Shown one piece after another: positions 31,298-42,861 of a stretch of 64,000 nt of DNA. Numbering within the stretch: position 1 is the first letter of the stretch; every line of letters begins with the position of its first letter. The notes beneath the pieces were generated by a model. It did not search any database. It saw nothing but the letters and a program-made list of their open reading frames with translations, and was not told the origin of the DNA. The stretch spans positions 1,760,001 through 1,824,000 of the forward strand of contig CAVWGN010000001.1 of the NCBI GenBank assembly GCA_963754655.1, in the 5' to 3' direction. Made by a program: the position numbers and the translations under genes. Source of the stretch: an uncultured Chlamydiae bacterium (lineage in GTDB: Bacteria; Chlamydiota; Chlamydiia; Chlamydiales; Parachlamydiaceae).

Positions 31298-33148
31298 TTA
31301 GATCTGTAAATTGAAAAACCCAGCCATCTTACTGAAAACAGTAGCTAAGACAAAGTCTTGATCTTTTTTAAAGCTTTCATCTGCATATTCAAGAGCCCCA
31401 CAATCTTGCTCAACGGCAGTCAAGACAATCTCTCCATCTTTTTTAAGGCTTTCATCTGCATATTCAAGAGCCCAGCCACTTCGCTTAACGGCAGCCAAGA
31501 CAATCTCTCGATCTTTTTTAAGGCTTTCATCCGCATATTGAAGAGCGCCGCCATTTTGCTGAACGGCAACCAAGACAATCTCTCGATCTTTTTTAAGGCT
31601 TTGATCTGCAAATTGAAGAGCCCAGCCATTTTGCTGAACGGCAGCCAAAACCATTTCTCGATCTTTTTTAAAACTTACATCTGGATATTCAAGAGCTATG
31701 CCATCTTGTTTAATGGCAGCCAAAACAACCTCTCGATCTTTTTTAAAGCTTTCATCCGCAAATTGAAGAGCTTTGCCTCTTTGCCGAACAGCAGTCAAGA
31801 CAATCTCTTGATCTTTTTTAAAATTTTCACTTATATATTTAAGATTCCAGCCACTGTGCTGAACGGCAGTCAAGACAATCTCTCGATCTTTTTGAAAGCT
31901 TTCATCCGCATATTCAAGAGCCCCACCAGCTTGCTGAATGGAAATCAAGACAATCTCTCGATCTTTTTTAAGACTTTCATCCGCAACCTTAAGAGCTAAG
32001 CCATCTTGCCGAACAGCAGCCAAGACAATCTCTCGATCTTTTTTAAGATTTTCATCGGCATAGATAAAAGCTAAACCATCTTGCTGAACAGCAGCTAAGA
32101 CAATCTCTCGATCTTTTTTAAAGCTTTCATCCGCATATGCAAGAGCTAAGCCATCTTGCTGAACAGCAGCCAAGACAATCTCTCGATCTTTTTTAAGACT
32201 TTCATCCACATATTCAAGAGCTGAGCCATTTTGCTGAACGGCAGCCAAGACAATCTCTCGATCTTTTTTAAGGCTTTCATCTGCATAGTAAAGAGCTCGG
32301 CCATCCTGCTGAATGGCAACCAGAACAAGGTCTCGATCTTTTTTAAGGCTTTTATCTACATATTCAAGAGCCCGGCCCTTTTGCTGAACGACAGCCAAGA
32401 TAATTTCTCGATCTTTTTTAAAGGTTTCATCTATATCAAAAACAGAATGTCCAAAACAACGAGCAACTTGTATAAAAAATTTTTTCTCGTTAAAAATGGG
32501 AAATTTTTTAAATGTGGAGATGACTGATTGTTTTGCCAGCTGCCATATTGGATTTTTTTGACCACCGGGGTAAAGTTTTGCGATAAAATCATTTTTGATC
32601 ACCCTTAATCTTTGGTCGTCAGTGCCCCATGCAAGAGAGTTTAAAATAGACAATTGCTCTTTAGCTACTTGCTCCATGTTTTGATTGGCGCTGGTTTTGC
32701 AAACTTGAGGATCCCATAGATAGCGATTCAAAAGAGAAAGAAATAAACTATTAGCGCAAAATAAAGTTGAATTAACCATTAACAATTTTCTAAAACTTTC
32801 TCCGTAGTGGTTGTGTTGGACTCGATCGATCAACCTAAGTTCCTGAGAGGTAAAAGACTTCTTTTGGCCAGTTGCGATACATTCTCGGGGAGGATTAATA
32901 GAGGATTGAGGACTCTTATTAAGTTGAAAAAGGGCCTGCGCCAAGGAGATGCAAGGATTCTTTTCAAAAACTCTTTTCCATCTTGTACAAGTGAGTAAAA
33001 TAGAAGAAATATCACTTAAAAGTGTGCTGTTTTGATTAACAACCCGATCAAAAAAAATTTCTAATACTTCATCAGGAAGGATAGTGTTTAAGCACACTTC
33101 GTTTGAAGTGGTTTGAGTTGCTTGTGAATTAACGAGCGTAAATTGCAT
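31298..33148 (-). CDS. F-box-like + DUF4116-like repeat protein
   Basis: Consensus start MQFTLVNSQ at 33148 with AAGGA RBS. Confidence 0.85.
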   Translation of the reverse strand: MQFTLVNSQATQTTSNEVCLNTILPDEVLEIFFDRVVNQNSTLLSDISSILLTCTRWKRVFEKNPCISLAQALFQLNKSPQSSINPPRECIATGQKKSFTSQELRLIDRVQHNHYGESFRKLLMVNSTLFCANSLFLSLLNRYLWDPQVCKTSANQNMEQVAKEQLSILNSLAWGTDDQRLRVIKNDFIAKLYPGGQKNPIWQLAKQSVISTFKKFPIFNEKKFFIQVARCFGHSVFDIDETFKKDREIILAVVQQKGRALEYVDKSLKKDRDLVLVAIQQDGRALYYADESLKKDREIVLAAVQQNGSALEYVDESLKKDREIVLAAVQQDGLALAYADESFKKDREIVLAAVQQDGLAFIYADENLKKDREIVLAAVRQDGLALKVADESLKKDREIVLISIQQAGGALEYADESFQKDREIVLTAVQHSGWNLKYISENFKKDQEIVLTAVRQRGKALQFADESFKKDREVVLAAIKQDGIALEYPDVSFKKDREMVLAAVQQNGWALQFADQSLKKDREIVLVAVQQNGGALQYADESLKKDREIVLAAVKRSGWALEYADESLKKDGEIVLTAVEQDCGALEYADESFKKDQDFVLATVFSKMAGFFNLQI

Positions 33149-33214
33149 AACTATCCTTTGATTCAATTTATAATTTTAATTTTTATTCATAATTTTATAA
33201 TGTTTAATTTTAGA

Positions 33215-33243
33215 ATTATACAAATACAACATATTGATTTCAA
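33215..33243 (-). promoter_or_regulatory. sigma66/70-type promoter TTGAAA-N17-TATAAT
   Basis: Near-consensus; same motif at 36920-36948. Confidence 0.7.
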
Positions 33244-33446
33244 CTAGATATTTCAATGTAAATAAAAGCTTAAAAAAATTAGCTTTTTTTCTAATACAAT
33301 TGTAATGCTATAACCTCTTCTTTTAATTTTTTTTGAAAGCACATTTAAAATTTAACGCTATCCCCCAAATCTTATACTCTAAGAGTTGGAATGAGGAATT
33401 ATAAACCAAATAATTTAAGAAAACAGGATTTATTCAATTTGAAGGC

Positions 33447-35439
33447 TTAGAGTTGGAAATTGAACAGCCCGGCCATCTTACTGATAACAGTAGCTAAGAC
33501 AAAGTCTCGATCTTGTTTAAAACTTTCGTCTGCATATTGAAGAGCCATGCCATCTTGCTGAACGGCAGCTAAGACAATCTCTCGATCTTGTTTAAGACTT
33601 GCATCTGCATCTTTAAGATGCATGGCCATCTTGCTGAACAGCAGCCAAGACAATCTCTCAATCTTTTTCAAGGCTTTTATCGGCATAGGCAAGAGCCTAG
33701 CCACTTTGCTTAACGATAGCCAAGACAATCTCTCGATCTTGTTTAAAGCTTTTATCTGCATATGCAAGAGCTAAGCCATCTTGCTGAACAGCAGCCAAGA
33801 CAATCTCTTGATCTTTTCTAAGGCTTTTATGTACATATTGAAGAGCCAAGCCATCTTGCTGAACGGCAGCCAAGACAATCTCTCGATCTTTTCTAAAGTT
33901 TAGAGCATATTCAAGAGCTTTGCCATTTTGCTGAACAGCACCCAAGATAATCTCTCGATCTTTTTTAAGGCTATCATCTGCGAATCTAAAAGCATTGCCA
34001 TCTTGCTGAATGGCAGCCAAGACAATCTGTCGATCTTTTTTAAGGCTTTTGTCCGAATGTTTAAGAGCCCGGCCGTCTTGTTGAACGGCAGCCAAGACAA
34101 ACTCTCGATCTTTTTTAAGGCTATCATCTGCGAATCTAAAAGCTTTTCCATCTTGCTGAATGGCAGCCAAGACAATCTCTCGATTTTTTTTAAAGCTTTT
34201 ATCTGCATATTCAAGAGCATCGGCAGTTCGTTTAACGGCCGCTAAGACAATCTCTCGATTTTTTTTAAGGCTTTCATCTGCATATTTAAGAGCCCAGCCA
34301 TTTTGCTGAACGGCAGTCAAGACAATCTCTCGATCTTTTTTAAAGCTTTCGTCTGTATATTTAAGAGCACCGCCTCTTTGCTGAACAACAGCCAAGACAA
34401 ATTCTCGATTCTTTTGAAGGCTTTCATCTGCATATTGAAGAGCATCGCCTCTTTGCTGAACGGCAGCCAAGACAATGTCTCGATCTTTTTTAAAGCTTTC
34501 ATCTGCGAATCTAAAAGCATTGCCATCTTGCTGAACGGCAGCTAAGACAATCTGTCGATCTTTTTTAAAGCTTTCATCTACATAGTCTAGAGCATTGGCA
34601 GTTCGTTTAACGGCCGCTAAGACGATCCCTCGATCTTTTTTAAGGCTTTCATCTACATATTGAAGAGCATGGCCATTTTCCTGAACGGCAGCCAAGACAA
34701 TCTCTCGATTTTTTTTAAAGCTTTCATCTATATCAAAAACAGAAGCTCCAAAACAGCGAGCAACTTGAATAAAAAAAATTTTATTGTTAAGATTGCGAAA
34801 TTTTTTAAGTGTGGAGATGATCGAATCTCTTGTTCGGTCCCATATGTCATAATAGTCTCTACCACCCACGTAAAGTTTTGCGATAAAATCATTTTTGATC
34901 ATCATGAGTCTTTGTTCGTCAGTGCCCCATACAAGAGAGTTTAAAATAGACAATTGCTCTTTGGCCACTTGCTGGATGTTCTTATTGGCGCTAGTTTTGC
35001 AATCTTGAAGATCCCATCGATAGTGATTCAAAAGAGAAAGAAATAAACTGTCAGCGCAAAATAAAGGTGATTGAATCATTAACAATTTTTCAAAAATTTT
35101 TCCATGACTGCTGGCTCGATCAATCAACTTAAGTTCTTGAGATGTAAAAGACTTCTTTTTAGTTGCGAGACATTCTCGGAGAGGATTAATAGAGAATAGA
35201 GGATTCTTTTTAAGTTGAAAAAGAGTCTGCGCCAAGGAAATGCACGGATTTTTTTCAAAAACTCTTTTCCATCTTGTACAAGTAAGTAAAATAGAAACAA
35301 TATCACTTAAAAGTGGGCTTTCTTGATTGACAATCCGATCAAAAAAAATTTCTAATATCTCATCAGGAAGTAAAGTGTTTAAGCAAACTTCGTTTGAAGT
35401 GGTTTGAATTGCTTGTGAATTAACGAGCGTAAATTGCAT
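33447..35439 (-). pseudogene. F-box/DUF4116 paralog truncated at TAG 33697, with a further stop and frameshift in the tail
   Basis: ORF 33697-35439 ends mid-repeat; degenerate repeats and cap continue to 33447. A truncated product could still be made. Confidence 0.7.
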
Positions 35440-35447
35440 AACTATCC

Positions 35448-35769
35448 GGGTGTGATTAAATCTGGGAGTTTATATTTTTTAGCAGATCGATACGAAATGG
35501 TAGGGCGGCGGTAGCCGCTTTCAGTGGGAAGCCCCGTATGAAGCGAGCTTGCGAGCGGAATGCGGGGTGTAGGCAAGATAGCATTGAGCTGCGGAAGCAG
35601 CGTAAGATCACTCACACCGCTTCCGCGGTTTATATTTTATTGATGCCCACCCCGCATTCCACTCGCAAGCTCGCTTCATACGGGGCTTCCCACTGAAAGC
35701 GGCTACCGCCGCCCTACCATTTCGTATCGATCTGCTAAAAAATATAAACTCCCAGATTTAATCACACCC
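35448..35769. mobile_element. 322-bp palindromic MITE with REP-like arms and 9-bp target duplication TAA(C/T)TATCC
   Basis: GGGTGTGATTAAATCTGGG inverted ends, ~120-bp arms; duplication at 35439-35447 and 35770-35778. Confidence 0.85.
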
Positions 35770-35836
35770 TAATTATCCTTGGATTCGATTTATGATTTTA
35801 TTTTTTGTTGATAATTTTGTAATATTTAATCTTATT

Positions 35837-36847
35837 TTAGATCTGAAAATTGAAAAGCCCAGCCATCTTACTGAAAACATTAGCTAAAACAAATTCTCGA
35901 CCTTTTTTAAAGCTTTCATCTGCATATTCAAGAGCCTCACAATCTTGCTCAACGGCAGCCAAGACAATCTCTCGATCTTTTTTAAGACTTTCATCTGCAT
36001 AGTAAAGAGCTCGACCATCCTGCTGAATGGCAACCAAAACAAGGTCTCGATCTTTTTTAAGGCTTTTATGTACATATTCAAGGGCTTTACCGTCTTGCTG
36101 AAGAGCAGCCAAGATAATTTCTCTCTTTTTTAAAGCTTTCATCTATATCAAAAACAGAATGTCCAAAACAACGAGCAACTTGTATAAAAATTTTTTTCTC
36201 GTTAAAAATGGGAAATTTTTTAAATGTGGAGATGACTGATTGTTGTGCCAGGTGCCATATTGGATTTTTTTGACCACCTGGGTAAAGTTTTGCGATAAAA
36301 TCATTTTTGATCACCCTTAATCTTTGGTCGTCGGTGCCCCATGCAAGAGAGTTTAAAATAGACAACTGCTCTTCAGCCACTTGCCGGATGTTTTGATTGG
36401 CGCTGGTTTTGCAAACTTGAGGATCCCATAGATAGCAATTTAAAAGAGAAAGAAATAAACTGTTAGTGCAAAATAAAGGTGAGTTAACCATTAACAATTT
36501 TCTAAAACTGCCTCTGTAGTAGTGGTTGTGGGCTCGATCGATCAACCTAAGTTCCTGAGAGGTAAAAGACTTCTTTTGGCCAGTTGCGACACATTCTCGG
36601 GGAGGATTAATAGAGGGTTGAGGACTCTTATTAAGTTGAAAAAGGGTCTGCGCCAAGGAGATGCAAGGATTCTTTTCCATCTTGTACAAGTAAGCAAAAT
36701 AGAAGAAATATCACTTAAAAGTGTTCTGTTTTGATTAACAACCCGATCAAAAAAAATTTCTAATACTTCATCAGGAAGGATAGTGTTTAAGCACACTTCG
36801 TTTGAAGTGGTTTGAGTTGCTTGTGAATTAACGAGCGTAAATTGCAT
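35837..36847 (-). pseudogene. degraded paralog of 31298-33148 (two frameshifts, most repeats deleted)
   Basis: Split among ORFs 36542-36865, 36087-36689 and 35837-36142. Confidence 0.85.
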
Positions 36848-37105
36848 AACTATCCTTCGATTCAATTTATAATTTTATTTTTTATCTTTATTCATAATTT
36901 TATATTTTTTAAGTTTAGAATTATACAAATACAAAATATTGATTTCAACTAGACATTTCAATATAAATAAAAAAAAATTTAACAAAACTAGTTTTTTTTC
37001 TAATAAAATTGTAATACTATAACCGCTTCTTTTAATTTTTTTTGAAAGCAACTTTAAAATTTAACGCCACCTCTCGAGTCTTATACTCCAAATTTGGGGA
37101 TAAAG

Positions 37106-37523
37106 CCCACTCCTAGACCAGGAAGATAAGTTTTTTGAATTAGTTAAGAGCTCTGTCGTTAGGCCTGAAGGGCCGTCATGTTACAGCCCAGGTCGAAGCG
37201 AAGCGGAGGCCTGGGTAAAATAAAAAAGAATCGAGTCCTGAAAGGACGGCATACTCAAAGGAGTGATTTCGCTTCGCAAGGGAATGGAGGATTTTTTATC
37301 TCTACATTAGCTCTAGAAGGAGAAAAAAATATTTTGCTTCTCAAAAAGAACACCAAATATTTGTGGGATTAATTTATGCCGTCCTTTCAGGACTCGATTC
37401 TTTTTTTATTTTACCCAGGCCTCCGCTTCGCTTCGACCTGGGCTGTAACATGACGGCCCTTCAGGCCTAACGACAGAGCTCTTAACTAATTCAAAAAACT
37501 TATTCTCCTGGTCTAGGAATGTG
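37106..37523. mobile_element. palindromic MITE with the same REP core as element A in a different shell; 8-9-bp target duplication (G)GGATAAAG
   Basis: Inverted arms ~37106-37252 and ~37375-37523; GGATAAAG at 37098-37105 and 37524-37531 within the conserved 3' flank. Confidence 0.85.
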
Positions 37524-37582
37524 GGATAAAGAATGACAAACCAAATGATTTAAGAAAACAAGACTCATTTTGCTTTGAAAAA

Positions 37583-39235
37583 TTAGATCTGCAAATTGAA
37601 AAGCCCCTCCCTCTTACTAGAAGCGATAGCCAAGACAATCTCTTAATCTTTTCTAAGGCTTTTATGTGCATATTTAAGAACCCAGCGATTTTGCTGAACG
37701 GCAGCCAAGACAATCTGTGGATCTTTTTTAAGGCTTTTATCTGCATATTCAAGAGCTTTGCCATTTTGCTTAACAGCAGCCAAGACAATCTCTCGATCTT
37801 TTTTAAGGCTTTCCTCTGCATATCGAAGAGTATTGCCATTTTTCTGAACGGCAGCCAAGATAATCTCTCGATCTTTTCTAAAACCTTTATCTGCATGTTT
37901 AAGAGCCTCGCCATCTTGTTGAACAACAGCCAAGACAAACTCTCGATCTTTTTTAAGGCTTTCATCTGCGAATCTAAAAGCTTTGCCATCTTGTTGAACG
38001 ACAGCCCGGACAAACTCTCGATCTTTTTTAAGGCTTTGATCTGCGAATCTAAAAGCTTTGCCATCTTGTTGAACGACAGCCCGAACAAACTCTCGATCTT
38101 TTTTAAGGCTTTGATCTGCATATTCAAAAGCATCGGCAGTTCGTTTAATGGCGGCTAAGACAATCTCTCGATCTTTTTTAAGGCTTTTATCTGCATGTTT
38201 AAGAGCCTGGCCAATTTGCTGAACGGCAGCTAAGACAATCTCTCGATCTTTTTTAAGGCTTTTATCTGCATAGTGAATAGCCCAGCCATTTTGCTTAACA
38301 GCCGCCAAGACAAGGTCTTGATCTTTTTTTAAGCTTTCATCTGCATATAGAAGAGCTCGACCATCTTGCTGAATAGCAGCCAAAACCACCTCTCGATCTT
38401 TTTCGAGGTTTTCATCTGCATATTCAAGAGCTCTACCATTTTGCTGAACGGCAACCAAGACAATCTCTCGATCTTTTTTAAAGCTTTCATTTATATCAAA
38501 AACAGAAGCTCCGAAACAGCGAGCAACTTGAATAAAAATTTTTTTATCGTTAAGCTTGGGAAATTTTTTAAGGGTAGAGATGGCTGATTCTCTTGCCCGG
38601 TCCCATATCACTAGTCGATCATTTACCACTCCTTGACCACCCACGTAAAGTTTTAAGATAAAATCATTTTTGATCATTATTAATCTTTGATCGTCATTAC
38701 CATATACAAGAGAGTTTAACATAGATAGTTGTTCTTCGGCCACTTGCTGGATATTCTTATTGGCACTAGTTTTACAAACTTGTGGATCCCATGAATAGTA
38801 ATCCAAAAGAGAAAGAAATAAACTGTTAGCACAAAATAAACTTGATTGAACCATTAACAATTTTCTAAAACTTTCTCCATAGAAGTAGGGATGGAGTTGG
38901 ACTTGGGCTCGATCGATCAACTGAAGTTCCTGAGAGGTAAAAGACTTCTTTTGATCAGTTATGACACATTCGAGGGGAAACGTAATAGGTGATTGAGGGC
39001 TCTTTGTAAGTTGAAAAAGAGTCTGCGCCACTGAGAGGCAAGGATTCTTTTCAAAAACTCTTTTCCATCTTTTACAAGTGACTAAAATAGAAGAAATATC
39101 ACTTACAAGTGGCCTTTTTTGATTGACAACCCGATCAAAAAAAATTTCTAATATCTCATCAGGAAGGATGGTGTTTAAGCAAACTTCGTTTGAAGTGGTT
39201 TGCATTGCTTGTGAATTAAGGGGCGTAAGTTGCAT
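37583..39235 (-). CDS. F-box-like + DUF4116-like repeat protein (ASSKR subclass); premature TAA at 37643 removes the cap
   Basis: 530-aa ORF; cap sequence continues in frame to TAA at 37583. Confidence 0.75.
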
Positions 39236-39344
39236 AAATATTCTTTAATTAAATTTATATATTTTAATTTTTATTCGTGATTCTATAATAATAGATCAGA
39301 TTTTTAATCTAAAGGTTGAAATAGACAGAACACCTTTGCAAGAT

Positions 39345-41255
39345 TTAGATCTGCAAATTGAACAGCCCGGCCATCTTACTGATAACAGTAGCTAAGACAA
39401 AGTCTCGATCTTGTTTAAAACTTTCGTCTGCATATTGAAGAGCCATGCTATCTTGCTGAACGGCAGCTAAGACAATCTCTTGATCTTGTTTAAGACTTGC
39501 ATCTGCATATTCAAGAGCACGGCCATTTTGCTGAACGACTGCCAAGACAAACCCTCGATCTTTTTGAAGGCTTTCATCTGCATAGAGAAAAGCAATGCCA
39601 TCTTGCTGAACAGCAGCCAAGACAATCTCTTGATCTTGTTTAAGACTTGCATCTGCATATTCAAGAGCTTTGCCATTTTGCTGAACGGCAGCCAAGACAA
39701 TCTCTCGATCTTGTTTAAAGCTTTTATCTGCATATTGAAGCGCATAGCCATTTTGCTGAACAGCAGCTAAGACAATCTCTCGATCTTTTTTAAGGCTTTC
39801 ATCTACATCTTGAAGAGCCCAACCAGTTTGCTTAACGGCAGTTAAGACAACTTCTCGATCTTTTTTAAAACTTTCATCTGCATATTTAAGAACCCCACCA
39901 CTTTGCTGAACGGCAGCCAAGATAATCTCTCGATCTTTTTTAAAACTTTCATTTGCAAATTTAAGAGCTACGCCATTTTTCTGAATGGCAGCCAAGACAA
40001 TCTCTCGATCTTTTTTAAAACTTTCATCTGCAAATTGAAAAATCTCGACATTTTTCTGAATGGCAGCCAAGAGAATCTTTCGATCTTTTTTAAAGCTTTC
40101 ATCTGCATATTCAGGAGCCCAGTGACTGATAGCCAAGACAAACTCTTGATCTTTTTTAAGACTTTCATCTGCATAGTAAAAAGCATAGCCATTTCGCTGA
40201 ACGGCAGCTAAGACAATCTCTCGATCTTTTTTAAGGCTTTCATCTACATGTTGAAGAGCATAGCCATGCTGAACGGCAGCCAAGACAATCTCTCGATCTT
40301 TTTTAAGGCTTTCATCTGCATTGTAAAGAGCGTTATAGCCATCGTGCTGAACGGCCGCCATGACAATTTCTCGATCTTTTTTAAGACTTTCATCTGCATA
40401 TTGAAGAGCACCTCCTGTTTGCTGAACGGCAGCCAAGACAATCTCTCGATCTTTTTTAAGGCTTTCATCTGCATATTCAAGAGCTTCGCCCTTTTGCTGA
40501 ACGGCAGCTAAAACAATCTCTCGATCTTTTTTAAGACTTTCATCTATAGCAAAAATAAAATGCCCAAAACAGCGAGCCAGTTGTATAAGTTTTTTTTTAT
40601 CTTTAAAGTTGGGAAATTTTTTAAGTGTGGAGATAACCGATCTGATTACCAGCCGCCATATTTGATCTCCACTACATAGGTAAAGTTTTGCAATAAAATC
40701 ATTGTTAATCATCATTAATCTTTGGTCGTCAGTGCCCCATATAAGAGAGCTTAAAATAGACAATTGTTCTTCGGCCACTTGCCGGATGTTTTGATTGGCG
40801 CTGGTTTTGCAATGTTGCGGATTCCATGAATAGTGATTCAAAAGCGAAAGAAATAAACTGTTAGCGCCAAATAAAGGTGAATTAAGCATTAACAATTTTT
40901 TAAAACTTTCCCCATAGGAGCCTTGTTGGGCTCGATCGATTAACTTAAGTTCTTGAGATGTAAAATTCTTCTTTTCAGTCGCGAGAAATTCTCGGAGAGA
41001 ATTAATAGAGGATTGAGGACTCTTTTTAAGTTGAAAAAGACTCTGAGCCAAGGAGACGCAAGGATTCTTCTCAAGAACTCTTTTCCATCTTTTACAGGTG
41101 AATAAAATAGAAGAAATATCACCTAAAAGTGGCTTTTTTTGATTGACAACCCGATCAAAAAAAACTTCTAATACTTCATCAGGAAGTAAATTATTTAGGC
41201 AAACTTCGTTCGAAGTGGTTTGTATTCCTTGTGAATTAACGGGCGTAATGTGCAT
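39345..41255 (-). CDS. F-box-like + DUF4116-like repeat protein
   Basis: 636 aa; promoter TTGTAA-N17-TATAAT at 41278-41306. Confidence 0.85.
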   Translation of the reverse strand: MHITPVNSQGIQTTSNEVCLNNLLPDEVLEVFFDRVVNQKKPLLGDISSILFTCKRWKRVLEKNPCVSLAQSLFQLKKSPQSSINSLREFLATEKKNFTSQELKLIDRAQQGSYGESFKKLLMLNSPLFGANSLFLSLLNHYSWNPQHCKTSANQNIRQVAEEQLSILSSLIWGTDDQRLMMINNDFIAKLYLCSGDQIWRLVIRSVISTLKKFPNFKDKKKLIQLARCFGHFIFAIDESLKKDREIVLAAVQQKGEALEYADESLKKDREIVLAAVQQTGGALQYADESLKKDREIVMAAVQHDGYNALYNADESLKKDREIVLAAVQHGYALQHVDESLKKDREIVLAAVQRNGYAFYYADESLKKDQEFVLAISHWAPEYADESFKKDRKILLAAIQKNVEIFQFADESFKKDREIVLAAIQKNGVALKFANESFKKDREIILAAVQQSGGVLKYADESFKKDREVVLTAVKQTGWALQDVDESLKKDREIVLAAVQQNGYALQYADKSFKQDREIVLAAVQQNGKALEYADASLKQDQEIVLAAVQQDGIAFLYADESLQKDRGFVLAVVQQNGRALEYADASLKQDQEIVLAAVQQDSMALQYADESFKQDRDFVLATVISKMAGLFNLQI

Positions 41256-41634
41256 ATCTATCCTTTTTAGCTTTATTATTATAAAAACATAACATCTTAA
41301 TTACAATTACATTTTTAAATTTATTCTATTGTCACTAATAGATTTAACCTAATTTTAGTAATGATTTGAGCCTGAAAAGGGCTCTAAGGTGAAATAGCCA
41401 GCCAGCAGCCTGGGAAAACAGACCTCTATCTTAGTCTGAATAAGTTGCATAAATATGCTTTAATTAAATTAATTATTTTAATAATTAAATCTATATTTTA
41501 ATTTTATTTATAATTGCAACTTCACACATTCTGAATTTATAATTTTTAATATTATAATTCTATAAATACAACATCTTTATTGCAACTTCATATATTCTTG
41601 AGAAGCCAGTTTAAAACTAATCCCTAGCAAGATC

Positions 41635-42861
41635 CTAATAACAGCTTCCCATCGATTGTCCGGCAAGCCATCCTGTTGTCCAAGCATTTTGAAAGTTAAA
41701 TCCTCCCGTTACACCATCGATATTGAGAATTTCTCCAGCAAAATACAACCCGGGTACAATTCGGCTTTCCATTGTTTTAAAATCCACCTCCTCTAATGCC
41801 ACTCCCCCACATGTGACAAATTCTTGCTTATAAGTTGTTTTACCTTGAATATTTAATGAGGTGCAACGCAGCTGCCGGACTAGCGCTTGCAGTTGCTTAT
41901 GGGACAATGCGGACCAGCGCACCTCTTCAGGAATGCCAGCCAGGTTCACTAATCGCTTCCATAATTGCTTTGGCAAAGAAAAGTGAGGCTCTGTTCCAAC
42001 CTGACGAAGAGCAACACCTTGCTTGCTTTCTTGCAATCGCTGACGCACTTCCTCCTCTGCAAGTAAAGGAATCCAATTCACGAGCACCTGCGTCTGATAA
42101 TGTAGAGAATGCAATTCACGAGCTGCCCAAGCAGATAACTTTAGGACGGCAGGCCCACTTAATCCCCAATGGGTAAAAAGCAAGGGTCCCAGTTGTTCAA
42201 ACCCCCATTGAGGAAGTTGCACTAAGACAGGCGACACTGCCACTCCCTGCAAATCAAGAAAAGGAGAATCTGGAATATTAAAAGTAAAAAGAGAAGGAAC
42301 AAGAGGAATCACTGTATGGCCAAGCTGTTCGATTAAGGGATAAATTTTAGGAGAGCTTCCTGTTGCCAGAAGTAAACGATCACATTCTAATTGCTGACCA
42401 TTTGACAGTTCCAAAATAAATCCTTGTGGGTCACGTCGTCTAATTGTCTGAACTCCCTGTTCTAATTGGAGCTCGACCCCAACTCGTTTGGTTTCATTCA
42501 ATAGACATTCAATAATCGTATCTGATCGATCTGTAATGGGAAACATACGTCCATCTTCTTCAGTTTTAAGAATGACACCCCGGCTCTCAAACCATTGAAT
42601 GGTATCTTTTGACTGAAATCGACTAAAAGGACCTCGCAACTCTTTATGGCCCCGTGGATAGTTTTTAACAAGAAGTGCAGGATCAAAACAGGCATGAGTC
42701 ACATTACAGCGTCCTCCACCTGAAATGCGTACTTTAGCCAATACTTGACGCGTTTTTTCAAGTAGAAGAATACGATGCTCTGGATAATGTTGAGCACTGG
42801 TGATGGCCCCAAAGAAGCCTGCAGCCCCTCCCCCAACCACAACGATGGTCAAAGAATTCAT
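41635..42861 (-). CDS. HI0933/BaiN-family flavoprotein
   Basis: GGGAAG, ISGGGRCNVT, LLFTHWGLSGP, GEILNIDGVTGGFNFQ; start MNSL overlaps the upstream stop (ATGA). Confidence 0.92.
   Translation of the reverse strand: MNSLTIVVVGGGAAGFFGAITSAQHYPEHRILLLEKTRQVLAKVRISGGGRCNVTHACFDPALLVKNYPRGHKELRGPFSRFQSKDTIQWFESRGVILKTEEDGRMFPITDRSDTIIECLLNETKRVGVELQLEQGVQTIRRRDPQGFILELSNGQQLECDRLLLATGSSPKIYPLIEQLGHTVIPLVPSLFTFNIPDSPFLDLQGVAVSPVLVQLPQWGFEQLGPLLFTHWGLSGPAVLKLSAWAARELHSLHYQTQVLVNWIPLLAEEEVRQRLQESKQGVALRQVGTEPHFSLPKQLWKRLVNLAGIPEEVRWSALSHKQLQALVRQLRCTSLNIQGKTTYKQEFVTCGGVALEEVDFKTMESRIVPGLYFAGEILNIDGVTGGFNFQNAWTTGWLAGQSMGSCY

Noticed and set aside
9549..41255. Diversity-generating retroelement driving repeat variation
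   Set aside because: No reverse transcriptase or template repeat in the window, and variation is not confined to adenines
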